Shown here one piece after another: positions 12,265 to 24,975 of a stretch of DNA of 64,000 bases. The notes beneath the pieces were generated by a model. It was not told the origin of the DNA and made no database searches. It saw only the letters and a list, made by a program, of their open reading frames with translations. The first letter of the stretch is position 1; each line of letters starts with the position of its first letter. Source of the stretch: Octopus sinensis. Its lineage: Eukaryota. Where the stretch lies: assembly GCF_006345805.1 (NCBI RefSeq), contig NW_021833455.1:1-64000 (forward strand). Reading direction: 5' to 3'. A program made the translations under genes and the position numbers.

Positions 12265-13147
12265 CTAAATGCTCATTCATACCTGAATTCTAAGAACCGT
12301 ATTTCGTGAAAGAATTCTCTTTGATGAAAGTTTAGAATTCAAATATGGGCAGAAATTTTAACCAATGGGAAACCAACAATTATACTTGTTCGGGCAACAT
12401 GACCATTACGTCATATTGCTGCCTTTTACGACTTGCTTGCTGCTCGATACACAGGCAAAAGGGTTTCAATGTTTTGCGTAACTTAGAGCGACACACATGC
12501 ATACATATATCCGAGCATGAATACCAGTGAAGCTGATGAAATCTTGACTTTCCATTTGAAGTGTCCATGTTTCATATACATAATCAGGACTTATGTGCAG
12601 CCTTCAGAGATATTACTGGCACAGTTCACCTGAGCTGGTATCATGATTTGTACACAACTTTGTAGACCTCTTGCAATGAAGGGTCGAAGCCCCTAATAAA
12701 AAGGAAACCGTTAGCAATGTCCAATCTCATATCAAGACCTTCAATGGTTGCATTCCGTTTTTGCTGTTAAATCCAAACAACGTTTGTGATGACAGGAGAA
12801 TTAAGTGATGTTTGATGGGCAATAATCCTAAATCCATTTCAAATTCTGGCACAAAGCCAGCAATTTCAAAGGAAGGGATAAGTTGTTACATTAACCCCAG
12901 TATTCAACTGGTACTTATTTTATCGACTCTGAAAAGATGAAAGGAAAGGCAAAGTCAACCTCGGTGGAATTTGAAGCGGACGAGATGTTGTTAAGCATTG
13001 TGTCCGGCCATTCAAAGAGTCTGGCAGCTGAACACCTTAACAATAAGTCTAAATTGAAAAGTCATTTCACTCACACTGGTCACTGCCATCACTCACTGAA
13101 TGTTGAACTTAATACAATGAACTCATTTGAGGAAAAAAAATATTCTT

Positions 13148-13340
13148 TTCTACTCTAGGCACAAGGTCCGAAATTGGTGAGGGGGGGGCGTCGATTAGAT
13201 TGACCCCCAGTACGCAACTGGTACTTAATTTATCGACCCCAAAAGGATGAAAGGCAAAGTCGACCTTGGCGGAATTTGAACTCAGAACGTAAAGACAGAC
13301 GAAATACCACAAAGTATTTCGTCTGGCGAGAGAAAAATAA
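13148..13340 (-). mobile_element. SINE family A, alternative-tail subfamily
   Basis: Same central GGGGTCGATAAATTAAGTACCAG domain, but with the tail ...CCTTGTGCCTAGAGTAGAAAAGAATA. Confidence 0.8.
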
Positions 13341-15730
13341 GTCACAACAATGAATTAATACATTTCTTTTTTAATCTTTGTTTTGTTTTATTATAGTTTG
13401 TAGTCTTACAGTGACTTTGGCAAATACAAAATAAGATTCAGTACAATGTAACAAATATTTTTTAATTAAGTACAGTTAATTGGTCTCCAAATGATCAAAC
13501 TGCAGTTGAAATGTAGCCAGGGAATTTTCTTTTTCTTTGACATAAAATGTATATTTATTGACGCAACATGCAGTGTGGAATCACCATTGAGATTTAAAAG
13601 GGGTGTGAGCACCAAAGAGCTGAGGTGAGCTCGAGAAGAAGAACTGAAGTCTGTGACCCGTTTGTGATTCTCCAATTGTAGCCACTTCCCTCGCTAACGC
13701 CCTCAGGGTAAGGGATAAACGACATAACGTCCTATTTCCTCCCCAACACTAAACGTTCCAGGCTGTATGACCCCTTCGTGAGAAAGTGACATATTTTACA
13801 TGTTAAAAATAAGTGGGGTGGGGGGAGACAAAAACAGAAGAAAAAAAAACAACAAAGAAAAAACCCAGACTTTTGCCCAATTTTAACTGCTGCACAGATT
13901 TCATCAGTTTGAGTGAAGAAGTTTAGTTGAAAACTAAATACAGCAGTATAATAATAATATCGATGAGTGGAGTTTAGTTTTAATATTTTACAATTGATAT
14001 ACACTTTCTTTATATTTATACACACAATAGTCTCAAAATAATGAGTCATATTTTAATTATACAGCTACCGAAACAGTTTTATTATCAGATAAGATAAAAA
14101 GAGGGGAATAACCAGAGTTATGCTATAAGTCTCTACTCTACAATTAACTTGCTGGTACACTGCAGCATCATGCATAAACATATATGCCAATATCGTACCA
14201 TACTTCAGCATCTATGGATGCCTTACGAATCACTAAAGAAAAATATCTTGTGGGGCACCACTTGAAACTGTCACATCTTCATGAAATGAAACGTAGAGCA
14301 ATTCAACGAGATGTAGGAAGCAATCTCCATCCAAATTATTCCTACATGGACAGGTATAACTTGGATAATTGAGCTCAGCACTGCAAGCTAACTAAACCCT
14401 ATTTAGGGTACTGTTACTGCTTACAGCAGTGAGTTTTTATCCCTTTGGTCTTTGTGTGTTAGAATGGAGTCATTTCAGTGTCAAGTGTCATGGCCTCAAC
14501 CCAATGCTGATGCGAGACCAGACGGAACTCTCAGCCACTTGGTTTACTGCCAAATCCTATCTGAGCTCTTTAACCAATATACAAACCCACAAGAGAGCTT
14601 TGTAACTCAGTTGCTTAACTTGGCCAATCTCTTTGATAATCCCTACAGCATTTTTAATCTTGGAATTATTTAAGCCCTAGAGACAAGATGACCAGAGCTA
14701 GAATCCTATTGACTGGCTGCTTACATCTGGAGCATAGACATACTTCAGTAGAGCTCACTAGTACTACATAACATGGTTGACAGATTTTCTTGTTTAGCTT
14801 ATATGGCAGCCAGGGTTCAACTCTTAGCACAGGAACAGCTATAGGCTTTATATATGTATGTGTGTGTGGCATGAAGTTCAACAAGGAGAGCTCTTGATCA
14901 GTTGAGGAGGTAAAAGATATTGTATATAAATGAAATGGTTCCTTTTTACTATCATAACAAAAGAGCCAACCTCAGTGCTGTCAATTCTCCAGTAGTTTCC
15001 TGCAAGTTCAGCACTTCACTGACGACTCTTTCTCTCATCAAGTAATAAGAGGAATAATGGCCTTTCTCAGGGTACAGCATGGTACCAGGGAAAAGATAGA
15101 CACAAGTCGGGCAGATACCACCAATAACAAGATGTGGCCAGAGGGTGACCAGATTAAACAAGAACAAATACTGTTCAACCACTTTGGTCATTTCAACAAC
15201 ATAATCATAATTATATATTTGAAATCTACTATCAATTTGTTATGTTCCTTTTTTTTCCCCCATTACCTCCACATACCAAAGATGAAGAATTTCTAGATCA
15301 GTGAGCAGAACTCAGTGAAGGTCTCAGAGTTCAAATCTGTCAAACAAAATTATTAGCATCAAGCAGAGTTATGGATTAATTTACATTTTCTAAAGCAACA
15401 TTTTTTCAGGAAATAGTATCAGCAGTCTAAAAGTCTAATTTTGCATTGAGTTTGGTTCACTTAGTTATTTCGTTGTCTGTCATATAAAATATAAAATCAA
15501 AAATATTGCCAGGTAGATTTTGTTTACTGTTGTTATATAAATAGCTATTTCTTTGGAAATCTGTCAGTTATGATAAAGAAATGGTAATACCACGGAGAAA
15601 ATATTGAGAAGCAAACAACAAGGTTTAACAATTGGTTAATTGGTGGGAATTGAGATATTACAGTCCAGAAAGAAAAGTAATTAATAAATTGCAATTAAGT
15701 CTAAAAATTCATTCTTAATGACTAGAATAA

Positions 15731-15951
15731 TTAACCCTTTAGCAACCAAACTGGCCATATCCAGCTCAAATATCCTACCTGTTTTTTGTTCAAACTGACC
15801 AGATCAGGCCTCTCACACCTACCCGGCAACGTCATTCTATCAATAAACAATCACATCACTGACATCTGAAAACTGAGATAGGATTAATTCAAAACAATGC
15901 AAATAAATAAGGATTACATATGACAGAATAATCTGAATGCTAAAGGGTCGA
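15731..15951. mobile_element. piggyBac-like MITE family 2
   Basis: TTAA-CCCTTTAGCA ... TGCTAAAGGG ends; related copies at 58731-58924 and 58921-59119. Confidence 0.75.
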
Positions 15952-17393
15952 ATAATAAAATTAGAAGAAACTCTCCAATGAGAGAGAGGGGGGAGAGGGG
16001 GAGAGAGAGAGCAGGACGTGGTAACTTATGCATATGTATGTATGTATGTGTATGTATATATATATATATAAGCTGCAAAGACATCACAAAAACTGTTACT
16101 CAGAGTTTCACATTAGGAAGGGCATCCACTTGTAGACACTTTGCCAGATCAGACTGAGCCTGGTGCAGCCTCTGGCTCACCAGTCCTCAGTCAAACTGTC
16201 CAACCCATGCCAGCATGGAAAGTGAACATTACACAACGACGATATATACATATATATAGTTAATCCAAACATGAAAACACAAAGAGAAGAGAAAATGTGA
16301 GGATGTGGAACAAATATAGTGTTATTGGATGCTCAGGAAAGGAAAGAAAGGAAGATTTAACGTTTCAAGTGGAACTTTCATTGCCACCGAGTCAGTGGTT
16401 GCAGTTGTGTGGAAATTTCCAAATCTTATGGAACAGGTTTGGTGATATAAACAGGAAAACAGAATTCAAAACATGGGTATATATTTTTCTTAATTGACAG
16501 AAGTTACAAAAACTAACTCAAAGAGATGAGACTTTTGCACTTTGGCACGAATCAAAGTTTGGCGATAAGTGCCAATGCATGAAACTCTTGGTCCTCAAGT
16601 CACTTTGTCATTTTTGCTTCATCAGCATCATGTCCATTTTCCATGCTGGCATGGGTTGGATGGTTTGACAAGAACGGACAAGCCAGAGAGCTGCACCATG
16701 CTCCAGTACCTGCTTTGGCATAGTTTCTACAGCTGGATGCCCTTCTTAATGCCAACCCATTTCTTTATTACCCACAAGGGGCTAAACATAGAGGGGACAA
16801 AGAAAGACAGACATAGGTGTTAAGTCGATTACATCGACCCCAGTGCGGAACTGGTACTTAATTTATTGACCCCGAAAGGATGAAAGGCAAAGTCAACCTC
16901 GGCGGAATTTGAACTCACAACGTAACGACAGACGAAATACCAAGCATGTCATCCGGTGTGCTAATGTTTCTGCCAGCTTGCCGCCTTTATGCCTTTTCTT
17001 AATGCCAACCACTTTACAGAGTGTATCAGGTGCTTTTTATGTGGCACCAAAAGTTATCTCATGTAGTGAATTTAACAACTTCCTATGTTATTAAACAGAC
17101 TCTTCCATGACATTGTTGCTTCTCTTTCAACTCACACACTCAGATTAAGTCATTTGTTATTAGATAACTTCCTAATATTTTACAGGTAAAAACATTCAAT
17201 TATTTTATCAAAGTGCAAAAATAGTAGTAAGGGGTCAAATTAACAGGATACCAACAGTTTGTATATGATCTGACTCCAAAGAGACTGGTGTGTTGGTCTT
17301 CATCAGCAAGATTCGTGTTATTTAATAATGGTAATAAAAACGAAAAGAGAACAGTGAACTTATTATGCACGGAGGAGTAAAGAATCCAATATT

Positions 17394-17705
17394 TCAGATG
17401 GTTTTCTTCCGGAGAACAAAATCAACAGGAGGGAAATGTATGGAAAGACAGCAGAGTATTTTTTGGTCGATGTAAAACTCTGGTTTTCTCTCCTGGTTTT
17501 CTTTCCTATCAAATTTTCTCTGAAGGAGGACAATTTCTGAAATGTTGGATTTCCCACTTTGCACAGCAGCTTCACTAAACTCTTTTTCATCAGTTCCACC
17601 AATTTGTACCATATCACCAGCATTATACAGTGTCAATAGCAAAGACCACTCAACTCTTGAGATTAGTCTAAATAGGCTTAAAGGGAATGTATATAGATCT
17701 ATGCA
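17394..17705 (-). CDS. Candidate alternative or true terminal exon of the - strand gene (CIDLYTFPLSLFR...FVLRKKTI*)
   Basis: Acceptor ccttttgtacttttgatgtttag| at 17706-17707, 104 open codons in phase 0, coding-like codon use. Overlapping shorter ORFs on both strands make the reading ambiguous. Confidence 0.45.
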   Translation of the reverse strand, partial: CIDLYTFPLSLFRLISRVEWSLLLTLYNAGDMVQIGGTDEKEFSEAAVQSGKSNISEIVLLQRKFDRKENQERKPEFYIDQKILCCLSIHFPPVDFVLRKKTI

Positions 17706-18687
17706 CTAAACATCAAAAGTACAAAAGGATAATTGTTTTGTTAACTGGCAGAACTGAGCTCAAAATTGTCCTTCATGCACAGCTTCAAAAGCAGAGTAAA
17801 GTTACCCCTGCTTTGGCTATATCACATGAAAACAAAATCTCTAATAGTAGCAGTAGTAGCAGCCAATAAGTCAAAAGTTCTAAGGGCAATATAACTGGAT
17901 TTAGGATGAAAATTAACAAAGTGAATTGTGTTGAAGACTGGCAAAGACAAAGATGTTTCTTTTTTTTATAATTAAGCTTAATTCATTGTTTCTAAGTCAG
18001 AGTTTTGAATTTTGCTGGATCAAAGGGTAAAAGACTAAACCTTGCGTGACTGGAATATACAGTGAGATTAGTAACACCATGAAATAGTAATAATATTGGT
18101 AGCTAATTCTTCATTTTTAGTCAGTTTTACAAGGTTAAAAATTAAATGAAATATTCAAATTAATATTAATTATAATTTTCTAACTAGCATTCTCTCTTGA
18201 ATCAAGAAAAAAAAAACAAAAACTGAGTGATACCAAAGGGGGTGGCATTTTTCAGTTCGTACAAGTGTGGTAATTAAATAAGGAAGTAGGATGAGTAAGG
18301 GAGCAGTTTCAGGAATACTGAAGAAGGAATGGTTCAAGAACTTTTTTTGTAGTTAGAAATAGTTGTGTTGAGAAAATGGTGGAAAATGTATGTTTATAAG
18401 TTTTGAAGAAACACAAATGTGAGACATAGGGATTTTTTTTTGAGTAGGTGATCTTTTAAAATGGATACTGGGAGAAAACTGGCCATCTTATGGGGCTTGT
18501 GTATGTAATCCACGGGAAATGTTTTGAAGAATAATTATTATTAGAGACATTAGCAAAGGAGTTGTTTTATGCAACCATGCATATGTATAAAAAGAAATTG
18601 ATTCAAATCACTTTGAAGATGAGATGCAGCCTTTACATTTAGTACAGAAAATCAACAAATATAATAGTAATAATATTAATGATGATG

Positions 18688-18737
<50 letters not shown>

Positions 18738-18981
18738 GATGAGGATGATGATTCAATGTGTGTGTACAGGTTGAAATACATAAATACAAACTTGAAAAGT
18801 GAAATTAACTGAAGAACTGTCTTGACATTTTTAATAAAAAATACAATTTGAAATTGAACATTTAAAACAGACATAACATAAATCCAATTTATTTGGTAAT
18901 TTTTTGTTTTTGAATATAATGCACATATTTACAATATGTATAAGTGTGTGTATGTGAGTGTGTGTGTATATATATATATAC

Positions 18982-19018
<37 letters not shown>

Positions 19019-20975
19019 AAGGGATCAAATCTAAACCAAGCATATGAAGCATAGACTTGCCATAAAATATTACACTAAAAAAAAAAAATTGTTACAAAGT
19101 TTAATACTTGTGTTTTTTCTTCAGTTAAAATGGTGAGGGGGGGGGGCATTCAAGTGAACAGAAGTATCTAAGGGTTGTATTCAGAACAATGTTTTTCTAA
19201 GAATTTTCTACTAATGTTTTTTTTTTGGGCGGGGGGGTAAAGTTAGAATATTCATGCTTCCGGGATTTATTTACCAAACTATAAAACAACAAGCACAATA
19301 CCAATCTATTCTCTAAATGGAAGACTTTGTACAAGAGGTTGATAAGTTCAGTTGAATTAAATAATTTCATGTTTCAGGCTGTTGCTCTTCATCAGAGAAC
19401 AGAGAAGATTAAAAGACAAAAAAAAAAAAAGCCTTGAAAGAGTTGTTCTTTAGTTGCAAGCTAACAATGCTGCACATTGGTGTGCAACCAAAACAACAAA
19501 ACAATCATCCTTGCTCTCAGATCAAAGTGCAAGCAGCCAAAAACATTATATTTCTTCACCTAAATTATCAAAGAACTCTTTCACACATTCTCTTATGAAT
19601 TATTGCCAATGGAGACCATCACCAAGTTTCTTTAGATTCCAGATTTTAACCTATTTTCGAACTGACCTTGAAGTTTCATACAAACACATATTTACATTTT
19701 TTTTTTTTTCTTTTTTCATACTAATATCTTTTAGCAAGGTTTTAAGATATGTAGAAACAGAGAGTTGGATTTCAAGTGAGACTTACTGATTACAATGTTA
19801 ACTTTGATTAAAATCTCAATAAAACAGCTGTTAAGAGATTAAAATAAAAAAACTTTTTTTTTCCTCTTAGTGTAACCTTACAACATAAAGCTGAAAATTT
19901 CCTTAAACTTAAATCCAAGAATGCAGCAGTCAAACCCAGCAAATATAGAAATAAATAACAGTTGTTTATTTTCTCCATTTGAAGCTTAAACTTGTTAAAT
20001 TATTTGTACTGGTAACATCAATAATACAAAAAGCAGAAAATCTCTTCAAGGAATTGGTTTAAAATACATGAAATGGAATTTAAAAAAAAAAAAAAAAATA
20101 TTACCAAAAAGCAAAAACAATTAATAAAAATATTTTGATGTATTCCAATGTATTCCATGACAAATCCTAGAAAGAAAGAACTAACACCAAAGAATGGTTA
20201 AACATCACATGAAGTAATAAATAAAAACTGCAACTTAAGATTAATTTAAGGTTTCACAGTTGAAACGAACCAATTTAGAACCAATAAAATGGATGAAACA
20301 ACAAGGAACAGAGGTTGACTTTGGGTTGGTTTCATTTCCTCAAAGGTTTCTTCTCAGCAATAATAATTGAAAAAAGATTTCCACATCCAATTATTAAACA
20401 TTTGAGAGTTTTCTTGTATCTTCTCATAAGAAAGAATTTCTCATTCAGTTCTAAAATATTTATCACAGGTCTTTTACTGAAAAAACAGGAAAGGATAAAA
20501 AAAAAAAATATTAAAAATAATCGAAAAGTAAAATAAAAAAGAAAATGCAAAGGAAGAAAAGAAAAAAACTCATTCAAATTAGTTAAAAATAATTTGAAAT
20601 CTGATAACTTTTTCTTTTTTTTTGTTGTTTCTCTGGAATTCAAGTTTCCAATGTTTTGGCACATTTGTTGAATGTCCTGAAAGACTGCACAAACCAAAAG
20701 GACAATCATTAAACAAAGCAAATAAATATGCTATGGAAAAAAAAAATTTAGGGGGGGTAGGGGGAACTGGAGAAATGGAATGATGTAAGAAGAGAGAATG
20801 AAATCACAGAGTTAAGAACTAAAGTTTTTTTTTTTTTTTGATCACAAAAATTGCTCTCTGGATTAAGTTTCTAGCTTTTTGTCTTTTTTTTTTTGTGGTA
20901 TTTTTTCATTGTTTTTTTGTTTCAAAGTATTCTTTCTCAGAGTTCCAACTTGTAAGTCTGCTCAGTTTGATTGAT

Positions 20976-21110
20976 TTAGTCACTGACTTCTGAGCTACAC
21001 CGGGACCGCTGTCTCCGATTGGAAGAAGAAACAAAAAGACTAACACACTTTCTAGATTCCAATTGCTCAAGCCAATATTCTTGCTCTGTAGGGTCCACAT
21101 ATGTTAAATT
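20976..21110 (-). CDS. Unidentified - strand gene, terminal exon (NLTYVDPTEQEYWLEQLESRKC...SEVSD*)
   Basis: Acceptor ttattatttttcag| at 21111-21112; only phase 0 gives a long frame (44 codons; other phases stop early), matching the upstream donor. AT-rich 3'UTR-like sequence follows. Confidence 0.75.
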   Translation of the reverse strand, partial: NLTYVDPTEQEYWLEQLESRKCVSLFVSSSNRRQRSRCSSEVSD

Positions 21111-21726
21111 CTGAAAAATAATAATTAAGGTGCAAAATAAATACATAAAATGCACACAGACATGCATACACACACACATAACATAAAACAGAGTGCTCAA
21201 CATTCTGAAATAGAGCAAGAATGATTTACAAGCAAAATAAGACAAAGTATGAATATTTAATTTATTCAAGACACATTTCTAGGTTTCAATTACAAACTCA
21301 ATCTCAGAAAAGTAGACAAAATTTGTTTTCAATCCAGGTTTTTAAATACAGACTAAGGCCATTTTATATTGCATTAACCAACTCTACATCTGATGGCAAC
21401 AAAAAGATTAAAACAAATCCATTAATCCACACATTAAATCTTGCTCATCATCATCATCGTTTAACGTCCGCTTTCCATGCTGGCATGGGTTGGACGACTC
21501 TAACTGAGGGCTGGTGAGCCAGATGGCTGCACCAGGCTCCAGTCTTGATCTGGCAGAGTCTCTACAGCTGGATTCCCTTCCTAACGCCAATGAGTAATTA
21601 TTCATGGATTTCTTTTAGTAAAACGGAAAAACACAAATACTGAGCAGAAAAATTTGTCGGCAACCAGCCACGAGGATCGAACTCACACTCCTCCAACTTC
21701 TAACATTGCAGTAAAATTCGCCAGTC

Positions 21727-21800
21727 AGCAGTTTGGCTTAATGGGTAAAGCACTCCAGCTAGATATTGGAGGGGTGTGAGTTCGATCCTCATGGCTGGTT
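21727..21800 (+). ncRNA. tRNA-like Pol III unit or SINE head (not a canonical tRNA)
   Basis: A box TGGCTTAATGG, D stem GCTT/AAGC, anticodon stem CTCCA/TGGAG with a 9-nt loop, T arm GTGAG-TTCGATC-CTCAT, weak acceptor stem, T6 run at about 21809-21814. Confidence 0.6.
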
Positions 21801-22144
21801 GCTGGCAATTTTTTCTGCTCTTAAAAGGATTTTATCCTTATATATATATATATATATTTATTACTGACGTGGGGAAAATTCTTATGAATTAACCCTGAAA
21901 TTAGGACCAATACGGTAATAACGGAATTTTTTAGAAATTTCTATCGGCATCTTTCAAGACGCATAAATTATAATGGTTATTGACAATTTTGTCTTTTTTC
22001 GGCATATTTGGCATTAGAATTTTTCTTTTGCCCTTATTTTATAAGTTATTTATAAATTTAACCTTTAAAGGTATTTTTTGATATGCTGGCCATTGATAAA
22101 ATTTTTTTCGAAAAAAAAATTAAAAAAATTTTATCCTACATTAG

Positions 22145-22196
<52 letters not shown>

Positions 22197-23043
22197 TTCA
22201 GTATTTACATGCTGAAAAAACTTATCTTTCTACTTGTTCTCCAATATATTTCAACGCTTCAAAAACAAACTTATGACAAGTTTGAGCAAGTTCACATCTA
22301 TAACTCTTTCTTTCAATCTTTACTCTTTAATTATTGTGCGAAGCCCATGGGAAACATTCGGAGTTAATCATGAAGCTATGAGATAATACATGGCTAATTC
22401 AAAACAATGTGAATGAATAAGCATTACCATTTGACGGCGGAATAATTTGAATGCCAAACTGTTAATGAAGCAGAAGAATACTACTTTCTGGTGCAGCTAA
22501 GCAAATATTCAAACACTTCTCAAGGGAGAAGAACACAATTGTCGAAAGTAATTCCTCACTATTCTATTCACAAAAGCTAAATTCTTACTTCGGTCTGTTA
22601 TGAGGCCAAGGACTCACAAGGGTGGAGCTTGAGCTGGTTTCAAGGGCATATAAGTGATTCAGATTACAACACTTCCCCTGGATGGGATGCCAGACCTTCA
22701 CAGGGTTAACTTCCCATCTATTGTTGGAACTGAGTGGGATGGGGCAAAGGGGAAATGAAGTGTCTTGCTCAAGAACACAATGTGTGCCACCCAGTCTGGG
22801 AATCAAAACCACAATATTACAATCATGAATGCAACAACAAGACCATGAACCTTCACACTTCCATGTATACACATGTATTTATTAATTAAGAATTAAGCCT
22901 CAAAATAATTATTGGTAAACTTTTAATTCCACTCAAGACACAAATGAAACATTCATCTAGGATGGCTCAGGGTCTCAAGGATTTGGTTCACCAACAAAGT
23001 TTCCTCTATTCTATTTGCACAAATATCATTACAAAAATTCATA

Positions 23044-23273
23044 TTAACGCTTTTGATACCAACCCTGCTGAAACCGTCCCTGGCCCTGTAGTACAAATGT
23101 CTTGTTTTCATAAGTTCTGAATTAAAATCTTCCACCAAATCCTTGTCACAATTTATGTCCCTAACACTAGCTTAATGATAACTAAGTTATTTTACTAAAT
23201 TCTTTGTTATATTTAAAATTAATTGAAAGAAACAAAGAGCATCTCAACAGAAATAGAGTAACAAAAGGGTGAA
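23044..23273. mobile_element. piggyBac-like MITE family 1
   Basis: Approx. 230-bp element homologous to 26034-26263, 26287-26497, 52902-53131 and 61228-61460; degenerate TTAA-CCCTT ends. Confidence 0.8.
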
Positions 23274-23306
23274 TGATGTTACATAGAATAATAAAAAAAA
23301 TATTAC

Positions 23307-23440
23307 CTCTAAATTAAATAAATCAGGAAACTCTAGTCGTAACTGCATCCAATCTTTGGGAGGTTTCTGAGATGAAGGGGAAGTCGACAAATGAAGAAGC
23401 TTCTGTCGTGACAATTTGCATTTCAGTTTTTCTTGGGAAG
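23307..23440 (-). CDS. Unidentified - strand gene, exon (SQEKLKCKLSRQKLLHLSTSPSSQKPPKDWMQLRLEFPDLFNLE)
   Basis: Acceptor ttccaattttgtag|, donor GAG|GTAATA; 134 nt, phase 1 to 0, fits both neighbours. Confidence 0.82.
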
Positions 23441-23808
23441 CTACAAAATTGGAAGCAGAATTTTTAGAACATTCAGAAAAAATACCCAAGCATGAAATCC
23501 AAATTGTATCCATAAAAGCAGGGATTATCCCTGTCTGTGTGCGTTGCGAAGGGTGTAATGCGTTTCAATGTAAGTTATCCTAGATTTTTTTATTCTTTTA
23601 CTCGTTTCAGTCATTAGACTGTGGCCATGCTGGGGCACCACCTTGAAAAATTTTTAGTTGAATGAATTAACCCCAGTACTTTTAAAACCTGGTACTTATT
23701 CTATCAGTCTCTTTTGTCAAACCGCTAAGTTATAGGGGCATCAACACACCAACACCGGATGTCAAGCGGTGGGGGGAGGTAGAGTCAAAGACACACATAG
23801 ACATAGTT

Positions 23809-24007
23809 AGGCACAGGAGTGGCTGTGTGGTAAGTAGCTTGCTTACCAACCACATGGCTCCAGGTTCAGTCTCACTGTGTGGCACCTTGGGCAAGTGTCT
23901 TCTACTATAGCTTCGGGCCAGCCAAAGTCTTGTATGTGGATTTGGTAGACGGAAACTGAAAGAAGCCCGTCGTATATATGTATGTATATATATATATATA
24001 ATATATA

Positions 24008-24038
<31 letters not shown>

Positions 24039-24039
24039 G

Positions 24040-24084
<45 letters not shown>

Positions 24085-24085
24085 G

Positions 24086-24116
<31 letters not shown>

Positions 24117-24308
24117 TTGTCTCCCCAACATCGCTTGACAACCGATGCTGGTGTATTTACATCCCCGTAACTTAGCGGTCCGGCAAAAAAGGCCGATAGA
24201 ATAAGTACTAGGCTTACAATGAATAAGTCCTGGGGTCAATTTGCTCGACTAAAGGCGGTGCTCCAGCATGGCCGCAGCCAAATGACTGAAACAAGTAAAA
24301 GAGTAAAG
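23809..24308 (+). mobile_element. Full-length CORE-type SINE (family B) with internal (TA)/(TATG) tract
   Basis: tRNA head with A and B boxes, CORE-like GGCACCTTGGGCAAGTGTCT, microsatellite spacer, conserved tail. Confidence 0.85.
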
Positions 24309-24349
24309 GAATACATACATGTCTACATATATATATATTTATATCTATC

Positions 24350-24413
<64 letters not shown>

Positions 24414-24440
24414 ATCTATCTATCTATATATATATATATA

Positions 24441-24475
<35 letters not shown>

Positions 24476-24484
24476 ATCTATCTA

Positions 24485-24526
<42 letters not shown>

Positions 24527-24550
24527 GCTTCTTTCAGTTTCCGTCAACCA

Positions 24551-24975
24551 AATTCAACCTTTAACTCTGGCGGCGAACTGGCAGAAACATTAGCACACCA
24601 GGCGAAATGCTTAGCAGTATTTCGTCTGCTGCTATGTTCTGAGTTCAAATTCCGCCAAGGTCGACTTTGCCTTTCATCCTTTCGGGGTCGATAAATTAAG
24701 TACCAGTTACGCACTGAGGTCGATATAATAGACTTAATCCGTTTGTCTGTCCTTGTTTGTTCCCTCTATGTTTAGCCCCTTGTGGGCAGTAAAGAAATAA
24801 GAAACGTTAGCACGCTGGGCGAATGCTTAGCGGTGTTTCGTCTGTCTTTAGGTTCTGAGTTCAAACTTTGCCTTTCATCCATTCGGGGTCGATAAGTTAA
24901 GTACCAGTTGTGTACTGGAGTCGATCTAATCGACTGGGCCCCCTCCCCCAAAATTTTGAGCCTTGTACCCTGAAT
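24551..24975 (+). mobile_element. Two tandem family A SINEs (one of each tail type)
   Basis: Homology to the 8221 and 13148 copies. Confidence 0.8.

Noticed and set aside
18290-18600. Purine-rich stretch with DTGRKLAI, reminiscent of a GIY-YIG segment; similar IFIANGISRK at about 27260
   Set aside because: Only a few residues in heavily interrupted frames; a Penelope remnant is possible but not supportable without an HMM search.
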